Source: Candidatus Heimdallarchaeota archaeon (GTDB lineage Archaea > Asgardarchaeota > Heimdallarchaeia > Hodarchaeales > Hodarchaeaceae). From it: a stretch of DNA of 26,327 nucleotides. A model generated the notes under the pieces. It made no database searches. It was not told where the DNA came from and worked only from the letters and a program-made list of their open reading frames with translations. Where the stretch lies: the NCBI GenBank assembly GCA_019057635.1, contig DXJL01000131.1:1-26327 (forward strand). The letters run 5' to 3'. Position numbers and translations under genes: made by a program. Positions 7,950-16,149 of the stretch are shown here, piece after piece. How positions within the stretch are numbered: position 1 is the first letter of the stretch; every line of letters starts with the position of its first letter.

Positions 7950-10132
7950 TATAATGCCTCACTTAGTTTATTGACACCTTTAATATATGGGATTAACAAA
8001 GAGAAAAAGCGGCTTTGAATTGACAGACTATATCGGGGAATTAGGGTGAATAATTCAGAGATAAATCTTGGTATAATGATAATAACAACGAATGCTATCA
8101 ACATTTCAGCAAAATTAAGTAAGAACTGATATTCAATGGTCGAATGACGGATTATAGTATCTATTTCTCTTAATGCAACAAACGACATGAATAATTGCAG
8201 AAGAAGAAGTATTAGTCTATGTGTAGAAACAGGGATTTGCATGCGAAAATTAAGTCCCAAAATCGCTTCATTCTTAATTTCAGTAATTGTTCGTTGGGGT
8301 AATATACCAATCGCTCGAGCAATACGACGAGGCAATATTTCGTCAATAAATAGTAACCGACGTTCACTTGTTGATTCACGTTCAACAATTATTAGGGATC
8401 TATAACGATTGATCAACTGACTTAATGAAAGGATGGTAACAGAAATAAGTGAAAGAATAACGAAGATAGGCTTTAGCTGTGGAATTAGGTTATTCTGTAA
8501 AATCATCATGAAAGTAAAAGCTAGTAAGAAACCCACCAATATTGATTGTCGATGATACGCCTTTGGCCCATATTTTCTCCAGGTTTCAACAATTTTTTCA
8601 TCCCTATCAAGAAGATGGGTAAATTTAATTACATGACTCATATCTCTATGAGTTTTATCAGACTCTGGGACAACTCGGCGACAGGCATTGAATAATCCCA
8701 GAATATTATCCTCATTAAGGAGATTGGGAAATAAAATCTCGTAGGGGACAAATCCTCGTATGGATTTCTCTTCGATACGATGAGAAAACCACGAAAGTAT
8801 CGCAGGAAGGCGATAACCAAAAGCCAAATTGGTACCTGAACTGGCTAAAAATGATATATTAGTGAATGTACGGAAGAATGAAAGAAAGAAAACAAATGCT
8901 AATGTGAAACTAATAAATAACCAACCGATGTCATTACTCTCATAGGTGGACAAGAGACCAAATAAGATAGTAGTTCCAATAAGAAGAGTTCCTGGAAGCG
9001 ATATACCTGAAAAATTACTGACGCTAAAACCTTGTAAGAGTGATAGGGGTAACTCAGAATAAGTGTAAACTCGCTTACCCCATAATCCAGAAACTAAATT
9101 GCGCTCTTGTTGAATTATTAATCGTAAATTAGTCACAGCAAAACGAACATATCTTTTTGCAAATCGTATGGTATTTATAACTAACAGAAGCCCAACTAGT
9201 CTAAGTAATCCAATAACAAGAGTTGTAAAAGAGAATGAGTTTAGTATGAAAGTGAAATTCTCTAAAGAATTAAGAAAGAACAGAAGTCCAATTATCCCTA
9301 AGAATTGTGTTTTCTTGTCGATAAATCCTACTTGAGTTTCAAAAGTCACAGTTTCATTTTCTAAGAGAGGTAGATCCCATGACCAATCTATTTGGGAGCT
9401 TGCGATCCTATTTTTTCTGCTAACACCAGCTAGTAATGTGTGTAGCTCCCGTGGAATGCCTGCATTCAATCGAAAGATTCTACCTCCAGTTGTTCGTATT
9501 TCTAATTCAGATCGGTGTGGAAATCCAAATAGAAAGATTAAACCTCCTATTATTAGTAATGATAATCCCAAGTATGGTAAAAACTCAAGAATAGGATTGA
9601 GAAGATCGAAAAGGAATGAATTAAAAGGCGTACTAATATCTCCCACAAATATTTCAAGCAAAAAGAGGATAATCTCGACTTCTATTGGCAAAGAAAGATT
9701 CTGTGTTAAGCCAAATTCGAGAAATATTAAGGCTTGTTGAATAATAAAAAAACCTGTAAGAATGATCCCTATTTTAATACGTGGAGTGATAGTTATCGTT
9801 TCAATATATTCTAAGTTAAAAGAATGAGTTTTAGAGAAGAATCCAATATTCCAAAAACGTTTCCTAGCAGAAAAACGTTTGTTGGATAATACAAGATCCC
9901 AGGGAGTAACAAATATTGGGAAAAAGATTATGATGGTTAATGATAAGCAAACAAGAGTTAAAAATCCTTCTATCACACCAAATGCTAAGAAAAAGAGTAT
10001 GGTTAAACAGAAAATGGCTAAAATGACACCGAAAATACGTCCATATTGAATTTCAAAAACTCGTCCCGAAAATAATTTTCGTTCATGATTAACAGGATAC
10101 AACCAAGAACATTTTAGGTCTGGAAATCGCAT
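7949..10132 (-). CDS. Polytopic membrane protein with three tandem bPH-like/TM modules
   Basis: Three repeats of (E-containing lead strand)-2TM-(LVLSNKR/FAVTNLR/LIIVER..RRLL)-(SFNLEYI/ELPLSLL/EIKNEAI)-2TM-(LEIRTTGG/ISFLASSG/LSIQSRF). The ORF track start at 10291 overlaps the divergent ABC gene; ATG 10132 (MRFPDL), preceded by GGTTGAT, is more plausible. Confidence 0.75.
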   Translation of the reverse strand: MRFPDLKCSWLYPVNHERKLFSGRVFEIQYGRIFGVILAIFCLTILFFLAFGVIEGFLTLVCLSLTIIIFFPIFVTPWDLVLSNKRFSARKRFWNIGFFSKTHSFNLEYIETITITPRIKIGIILTGFFIIQQALIFLEFGLTQNLSLPIEVEIILFLLEIFVGDISTPFNSFLFDLLNPILEFLPYLGLSLLIIGGLIFLFGFPHRSELEIRTTGGRIFRLNAGIPRELHTLLAGVSRKNRIASSQIDWSWDLPLLENETVTFETQVGFIDKKTQFLGIIGLLFFLNSLENFTFILNSFSFTTLVIGLLRLVGLLLVINTIRFAKRYVRFAVTNLRLIIQQERNLVSGLWGKRVYTYSELPLSLLQGFSVSNFSGISLPGTLLIGTTILFGLLSTYESNDIGWLFISFTLAFVFFLSFFRTFTNISFLASSGTNLAFGYRLPAILSWFSHRIEEKSIRGFVPYEILFPNLLNEDNILGLFNACRRVVPESDKTHRDMSHVIKFTHLLDRDEKIVETWRKYGPKAYHRQSILVGFLLAFTFMMILQNNLIPQLKPIFVILSLISVTILSLSQLINRYRSLIIVERESTSERRLLFIDEILPRRIARAIGILPQRTITEIKNEAILGLNFRMQIPVSTHRLILLLLQLFMSFVALREIDTIIRHSTIEYQFLLNFAEMLIAFVVIIIIPRFISELFTLIPRYSLSIQSRFFSLLIPYIKGVNKLSEAL

Positions 10133-10281
10133 TACATTATCAACCGAAGGAGAATTAATAAATTCTTGCCCATTTTTTCCGAAAGTAATTCGAAAATCAG
10201 AAGAAATCCACACCAACACATCTATCATACCAACAAAAATAAAAATCCTAATATTATTACATTTAGCCCCCCAGTTCGTTT

Positions 10282-12141
10282 TTGAGGCCATACAAATTGA
10301 TTTATGACTCCGCTAGCCGTAACCAGCTTTATCTTCCTCAACGCTGGTACTCACGCGGATACAAATGGTGGCTTTTAGGACATGTTCTCAACCACCGCTG
10401 GAAAATGCTAATTATAACAGTAACTACGGTTATCGGTATCTTCCTTCAGACCTTAATTCCATTTATTCTGGGGTACGTCTTCGAGACTATACCCTCTGGG
10501 GATCTCAGTCTCATTTTGAGTGCTGGTACTCTTGTAATTGCAATTGGTTTGATGAAACTTGCAACAAATTCCATAGCAGCAGCTCTGAATGAAATAATCG
10601 CCCAATATGTCGAAATGCAGATTCGAATTGAATTTTATCAAAATCTCGAGACAAAATCAATGAGTTTTCACGATACTGCTCGAGCTGGAGATTTAATTCA
10701 AATGGCAACTGGAGACACACGCCAGATAAATGCCTCAATCTCACCTGGTGTACGAATAACGGTAACTACTGTTTTTACACTGCTTTTTACTTGGATAGCA
10801 ATGTTTATTGCGTCACCCACACTTTCAATGGTGTTTTTATTCACATTGCCCCTTTATATTTTCTTCTTGGCTCGGTTTGGAAAGAAATTACATCCCCTCT
10901 CCAAGCAAAGACAAGCCTGTGTGGCACGTATGAATGCAGAATTACAGGAAAATTTGACAGGAGTTCGAGTAGTTAGGACATTTTCTGTTCAAGAACAGGA
11001 AATTGAGAAGTTTTCATCAACTCTTGAAAATTTGGAAGACATTCTGAAAGTACGAGGAGTTACTTCAGCTTTTTATATACCTAGTTTAGTACTGGGAATA
11101 ACTACTGCATTCATATTTATTGCTGGCGTATATCTAATGGATATCACATTGTTGGGAGTCGCAAATGTTAGTATTTTTGGTTATTCCGTTTACATACAAT
11201 CTGTTGGTATGGGTGAAATAATAACATTCCTAGGGCTTACAAGTATACTTGCTATGCCAACAATGTTTCTTCGCTGGATCTTAGACATGACTCTTTTAGG
11301 CTTTGCTGGCGCAGCACGAATCTTTAATGTCGTAATTCATGATAATGTTATAGAAACTGGAGATTACATCCCTGAAAAGGAACCTCAAGGCCAGGTAACA
11401 TTTGAAAACGTATCTTTTTCATACAAAGAAGATAGCCCATCAGTATTGTATAATATAGCGTTAACAATTAAGCCAGGAGAAACTGTAGCAATAATCGGCC
11501 CTACAGGTTGCGGAAAGACTACTTTGGGGAAAATGATATATCGGCTATATGATGTAACAAAGGGATCTGTTCTGATAGACAACGTTAATGTGAAAGATTG
11601 GGATATTAAAACATTACGCTGTCTTGTTGGAGTTATAGAGCAAGATACTTTTCTTTTTTCGACCTCCATAAGAAATAATATCAGTTATGGAAAAGATAAT
11701 GCTACAAATGAGGAGATTATGGCCGCAGCTATAGCAGCTCAAGCTCATGACTTTATACAAGAATTTTCTGAAGGATATGACACAATTGTGGGAGAGAGAG
11801 GGGTTACGTTAAGTGGAGGACAACGTCAGCGAGTTGCAATGGCCCGTGGATTTTTAGCTGACCCTAGAATATTAATTATGGATGATGCTACCTCAGCTGT
11901 TGATGCATCGACAGAGGCACGTATCCAGAAAGCTATTTTGAACCTCCAAGAAGGACGTACAACAATAATTATCACACATAGGTTGGCGACACTAAAAACT
12001 GCAAACAAAATAATTTTCATGGAGAGGGGAAATATTGTACGTGTTGGAACCCATGCAGAATTAATTACAAGTTTTGCGCCATATAGACGAATTTTTAGAC
12101 GGTACATGACACTACCTCCGTTAGTTATTGAAGGGAATTAA
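10282..12141 (+). CDS. ABC exporter subunit (TMD+NBD), degenerate Walker B half of a heterodimer
   Basis: N-terminal 6-TM domain, Walker A GPTGCGKT, Q-loop IEQD, signature LSGGQ, Walker B IMDD (catalytic Glu->Asp), D-loop SAVD, H-loop ITHRL. Exact start uncertain (TTG 10282 or 10297). Confidence 0.93.
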   Translation: MRPYKLIYDSASRNQLYLPQRWYSRGYKWWLLGHVLNHRWKMLIITVTTVIGIFLQTLIPFILGYVFETIPSGDLSLILSAGTLVIAIGLMKLATNSIAAALNEIIAQYVEMQIRIEFYQNLETKSMSFHDTARAGDLIQMATGDTRQINASISPGVRITVTTVFTLLFTWIAMFIASPTLSMVFLFTLPLYIFFLARFGKKLHPLSKQRQACVARMNAELQENLTGVRVVRTFSVQEQEIEKFSSTLENLEDILKVRGVTSAFYIPSLVLGITTAFIFIAGVYLMDITLLGVANVSIFGYSVYIQSVGMGEIITFLGLTSILAMPTMFLRWILDMTLLGFAGAARIFNVVIHDNVIETGDYIPEKEPQGQVTFENVSFSYKEDSPSVLYNIALTIKPGETVAIIGPTGCGKTTLGKMIYRLYDVTKGSVLIDNVNVKDWDIKTLRCLVGVIEQDTFLFSTSIRNNISYGKDNATNEEIMAAAIAAQAHDFIQEFSEGYDTIVGERGVTLSGGQRQRVAMARGFLADPRILIMDDATSAVDASTEARIQKAILNLQEGRTTIIITHRLATLKTANKIIFMERGNIVRVGTHAELITSFAPYRRIFRRYMTLPPLVIEGN

Positions 12142-12142
12142 T

Positions 12143-13930
12143 ATGGCGTTTAGTAGCGCGCAAAAAAGTGATTATGATCAAGAGTACTCTATTAAAGAGA
12201 TCCTTGTTCGTCTTTGGGCATTTGCGGTTACAGAAAAGAGGAGACTTCTTCTTATACTAGCATTGTTTATGACAAACACCGTAACAAGTATAATTGTTCC
12301 GTTATTTCTACGAGAAGCAATTAACGAGCTTAATAAGGCCGATCCAGATTTTAATTTTGTCCAATCTCTTGGATGGGGCAATTTACTAGGAACGGTGATG
12401 TTATGGATAGGCCTTTATTTAATCATTCGTTCAGAATGGTCAATAATAGCAAAAACTGTAACCACTTTACGTTTAAAGATGTTTATCCAGTTACAAGCCC
12501 ATGATCTTTCTTTTTATGACAAAAATAAAACTGGACGGATCATGAGTCGCGTTGTAAATGATGCCTGGGAACTAGGTAACTTTATGCTGATTTTTGTGGA
12601 GCTTGCAGCAAATTTCATTACAATTGTTGGCATGATTGGAATCTTGTTCTATATTCATTCTGTATTAACACTCATTCTATTTATGATTGCCCCGATAATT
12701 TTTGTATTTACACTTGGTCTTGGTTATTTGCTCATGCGATTCAATCGTCTTTGTAGGCGTACTGTAGGCGCTGTCAATGGAGCAACTCAAGAAAGTATTG
12801 CGGGAATTATGGTAACCAAAAGCTTTGCTCGGGAAGCTCAAAACATTGAAGAATTCGTTGAACTGAACAATGAAAACCTACGGGCTAATATTAATCGCTC
12901 ATTGGTCTTTTCCACAATGTTTCCCATTCTAGAATTTGTTTCCACTCTTATATACTTCTTAATCGTAACCTCTGGGGGTGGTTTTGTAATTGATGGATCA
13001 ATTACGCTTGGTGATTTGTGGTTATTCTATATTTACTCTCTACTACTAATTCAGCCTCTCATTAGTTTTTCTCAACAAATTGCTCAATTTCAGATTGGTC
13101 GTGCTGCTGCGGAACGTATTTTTTCCCTTATTGAAATTCCTAGTGAAATGAAATGGGGTAATATTATTCCTGGAGCAGATATAAAAGGACATATCGAATT
13201 TAAGGATGTTACATTTGGATATTCAAAAGATGATCCTTCTCTGTTTTCACATTTAAACGTTACAATCCCAGCAGGTCAAAATATAGCATTAGTCGGTCAT
13301 ACAGGGTCAGGAAAAACATCTTTCATATCATTGCTAGCACGTTTCTATGAATTTCAAGCTGGTGATATATATCTAGATGGCTATTCGATTAAAGCCTATG
13401 ATATCGATGCTTATCGCAGTACCTTGGGTATTGTGCTGCAGGATCCTTTTTTATTTAGTGGTTCGATTGAAGAAAACATTAGATATGGTTCCCAGAAAGA
13501 GATTAGCGCCGAAACTCTTCAATCAGCGATTATGTCAACTCACGTTATTGATTTTGTTGAATTTCTGCCTGAAGGACTACAAACCGAGGTAGGTGAAAGA
13601 GGAGCTAAAGTATCCCTAGGACAACGACAATTGATTAGTTTCGCCCGAGCTTTAGTCGCGGATCCAAAAATCTTAATTCTTGACGAGGCTACTGCTTCCG
13701 TTGACGCGTATACGGAAAGCTTAATTCAAGATGGTATTGATAATTTGTTCGCTGGACGAACGAGTATAGTTGTTGCGCATCGTTTATCTACAATAATTTC
13801 AGCGGATCGAATCCTCGTATTCAATCAGGGCGAAATTATCGGAGATGGAACTCATGAGGAACTAATGGCAAACAATGATGTATATCGTGATCTTTATCAA
13901 ACATATTATGAGTTTCAGGGGAGAGTTTAA
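12143..13930 (+). CDS. ABC exporter subunit (TMD+NBD), consensus Walker B half of a heterodimer
   Basis: Walker A GHTGSGKT, degenerate signature VSLGQ, Walker B ILDE, H-loop VAHRL. ATG at 12143 lies 1 bp after the partner stop. Confidence 0.93.
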   Translation: MAFSSAQKSDYDQEYSIKEILVRLWAFAVTEKRRLLLILALFMTNTVTSIIVPLFLREAINELNKADPDFNFVQSLGWGNLLGTVMLWIGLYLIIRSEWSIIAKTVTTLRLKMFIQLQAHDLSFYDKNKTGRIMSRVVNDAWELGNFMLIFVELAANFITIVGMIGILFYIHSVLTLILFMIAPIIFVFTLGLGYLLMRFNRLCRRTVGAVNGATQESIAGIMVTKSFAREAQNIEEFVELNNENLRANINRSLVFSTMFPILEFVSTLIYFLIVTSGGGFVIDGSITLGDLWLFYIYSLLLIQPLISFSQQIAQFQIGRAAAERIFSLIEIPSEMKWGNIIPGADIKGHIEFKDVTFGYSKDDPSLFSHLNVTIPAGQNIALVGHTGSGKTSFISLLARFYEFQAGDIYLDGYSIKAYDIDAYRSTLGIVLQDPFLFSGSIEENIRYGSQKEISAETLQSAIMSTHVIDFVEFLPEGLQTEVGERGAKVSLGQRQLISFARALVADPKILILDEATASVDAYTESLIQDGIDNLFAGRTSIVVAHRLSTIISADRILVFNQGEIIGDGTHEELMANNDVYRDLYQTYYEFQGRV

Positions 13931-14367
13931 AGTATATAGAGAGGAGAGAAATTTATCTGAAGGTTAAGTAAGCATACAGCTTCGTACTTACATATAGGAG
14001 CAGCGGTATTATAGGAACAACATATTCTTTCCTAAAGTGGGAGTTCAGCTAAACTGACAAGTTTTTTTCCTAGATTGTATGACATATTCCTAGTCAAATG
14101 GAAAAAAAAATATGTAACTACAAAATACTGTGTGTAATGTTAGACATTATTTGTTTTCGTCTGACATAATGAAAAATGGTGATGAAGATTCCACGAAAAA
14201 GCTTGTCCAAGGGTTGATAACTATCGATTATTTTAGGGGTAAATAGGGACATTTATGGACACATAGGAAAAGAAGATTTCAAGGGGATGAGAGAAACAGA
14301 TAGCTAGTTACTGAAGGAGAAGGGAAGAAAAGGGGATAGCGATTAAGACATAAAAATAACAGATGAT

Positions 14368-15871
14368 TGAATCGATCTCATGAGATTATAACACTAGCAG
14401 TGAACTATTTCATCTCTTGATACTAGAATAACGGAAAATAAGCAAATTTGCTGTGGATCACGGGGCTTAATAGGTTTATAAGCAGAAAAGCTCCTACTCA
14501 ATCAGTATTACTATATATTGATAGCTAGTACTAGTAAGGATGGTCAGGGATGCTCCGTACACGAGGGTACAAGTACGAATTAAAAGTAAATAACAAGGAA
14601 CGGACGCTACTAGCTAAATATGCGGGCATATCGCGATTTGCCTGGAACTGGGGATTAGCTGCGCGGAAATCGCGTTATCAAACCCAAACAGGTGCTGCTC
14701 GTTATACCGATGCCATAAAACAACATAAAGAATTAAACCGCTTGAAACACACTGATTTTCCCTGGATGTATGAGGTTTCGAAATGTGTCCCGCAAGAGGC
14801 CCTCCGCGACTTAGATCGGGGCTATCAGAATTTCTTTACCAATCATCAACACAGAAAACGGAAGCAAACCACCCGCTATGTCGGCTTGCCCCGGTTCAAG
14901 AAAAAAGGCAAGTGTAAAGACAGCTTTCGATTGACTGGAGTGGTTCATCTTTTTCCAGAGATAAAACAGGTCCAATTGCCTCGTCTGGGGAAATTACGGA
15001 TAAATGAAAAGCCAAATTTAGCTGTGTCGGCACGGATACTGAGTGCCACGGTCTCTCGGACTGCGGATCGCTGGTATGTTGCTCTTACCGTGAAAGAGGA
15101 ACAACCTGATTGTAACCCAAATGATGGACCAATTATTGCCCTGGATAAAGGATTATCCGTCTTTGCGGCGTTATCTTCGGGAATACCTATCGCTCGCCCA
15201 AAATTCCTCCTCCGGCAAGCTCGGAAACAGCGTCGATTAGCGAAAGCTCATTCGCGGAAAGAGAACGGCTCAAATAATAAACGGAAGTCTGTCCTCCGGT
15301 TAGCGCAATTCTATCGTCGAATTGCCAACCAACGGCATGATTTTTTGCATCAAACCTCAACTTATCTGGCTAAAAACCACAGCGTGATAGTTACCGAGGA
15401 TTTACATGTCAAAGGATTAATGCAAAACAAAAAACTTAGTAAATATTGGGCCGATCTTTCACATGGGACATTTCAGCGTTTCCTAAAATATAAGGCGCCT
15501 TTATATGGTTCCACTGTGATTGAAATCAATCGCTGGTTTCCTTCCTCGAAATTATGCTCGAATTGCTTGTATTACCGTCGGGATCTGACGTTAGCTGATC
15601 GGATCTTTCATTGCCCGTTATGCGGGTTGGTATTAGACCGTGATCAGAATGCTGCGCTCAATGTAGCCAATTATTATACTATCTATCAATTCCTACTCTT
15701 TTCGGTCGCCGAGAGTTCCGCGGAGACCCTAAACGCCTGTGGAGAGGTGGTAAGACCTGCATCAGAGCAGGCACGCGTCGTTGAATCAGGAAGAACAGCT
15801 CCAAGGACTGTTGGCGATGATTATCTTTAATTATTCCTAACTGTCCTAATTGGGTAAGTCTTTCAGAACGG
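14368..15871 (+). mobile_element. Non-autonomous TnpB-only IS element (IS607/IS1341-like); left end uncertain (about 14180, 14368 or 14464)
   Basis: tnpB with no tnpA nearby and visibly more GC/CpG-rich codons than its neighbours. The right-end-like sequence GGGTAAGTCTTTCAGAACGG ends at 15871 and is followed by a start-less host ORF. Confidence 0.7.
14550..15830 (+). CDS. tnpB: RNA-guided endonuclease TnpB (IS200/IS605/IS607 OrfB)
   Basis: N-terminal GYKYEL...RFAWNWGL helical domain, PRFKKK, RuvC-I ALDKG, RuvC-II TEDL, Zn finger CSNC/CPLC, RuvC-III DRDQNAA, and tail VAESSAETLNACG. All three catalytic acids are present. Confidence 0.96.
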   Translation: MLRTRGYKYELKVNNKERTLLAKYAGISRFAWNWGLAARKSRYQTQTGAARYTDAIKQHKELNRLKHTDFPWMYEVSKCVPQEALRDLDRGYQNFFTNHQHRKRKQTTRYVGLPRFKKKGKCKDSFRLTGVVHLFPEIKQVQLPRLGKLRINEKPNLAVSARILSATVSRTADRWYVALTVKEEQPDCNPNDGPIIALDKGLSVFAALSSGIPIARPKFLLRQARKQRRLAKAHSRKENGSNNKRKSVLRLAQFYRRIANQRHDFLHQTSTYLAKNHSVIVTEDLHVKGLMQNKKLSKYWADLSHGTFQRFLKYKAPLYGSTVIEINRWFPSSKLCSNCLYYRRDLTLADRIFHCPLCGLVLDRDQNAALNVANYYTIYQFLLFSVAESSAETLNACGEVVRPASEQARVVESGRTAPRTVGDDYL

Positions 15872-15891
15872 TGAATCGCGCCGACTCTCTA
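15704..15891 (+). ncRNA. Putative TnpB omegaRNA (reRNA) scaffold plus about 20-nt flank-derived guide
   Basis: Complementary segments TCGCC(15706-10)/GGCGA(15813-17), CCTG(15736-39)/CAGG(15787-90), hairpins CCTGC/GCAGG (15756-71) and AACAG/CTGTT (15794-812). It overlaps the tnpB 3' end, as is established for TnpB. The guide would begin TGAATCGCGCCGACTCTCTA. Confidence 0.7.
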
Positions 15892-16124
15892 TTCGAATAT
15901 CGAGTGAAGTTGAGCAAATCCTCTCTCTAGTTGATGAAAAAAGAAAATCTCCTTTTGTACAGGATGCAATTTTGTATTTCGCCAAATTTGGTGATAGTTC
16001 AGATCTGAGTCCTAGGACATACAGTGATCATTTTTCAGAAGATTATAAGGTTTCTAGTAAGGAATTCGATGGTACAGAGTCTATTCCAATCGTAGTTGTA
16101 AATAAATCTGCCTGGCAGAGATAA
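15870..16124 (+). pseudogene. Start-less ribbon-helix-helix (CopG/Arc/MetJ-like) protein fragment, 84 codons, not in the ORF track
   Basis: Translates GESRRLSIRISSEVEQILSLVDEKRKSPFVQDAILYF...AWQR*: alternating beta-strand, helix, S-x-F-V-x-x-A-I helix. There is an in-frame TAA at 15855 and no start codon between it and the RHH core. Confidence 0.65.
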
Positions 16125-16149
16125 TGTCGAATGAGGAACATAATTACCC

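Noticed and set aside
10133-10291. 53-aa N-terminal extension of the 780-aa membrane ORF
   Set aside because: It would overlap the divergent ABC gene start and leave no promoter space; the repeat structure begins after Met at 10132.
14180-14549. Group I intron (IStron) upstream of tnpB that could splice and restore the RHH gene
   Set aside because: I could not find P7-type core motifs or enough pairing potential, and the region is purine-skewed. An Infernal search with group I models would settle it.
13931-14549. tnpA (Y1 HUH or serine recombinase) remnant
   Set aside because: Only very short ORFs; no HUH/Y or YARVS-type motif seen.
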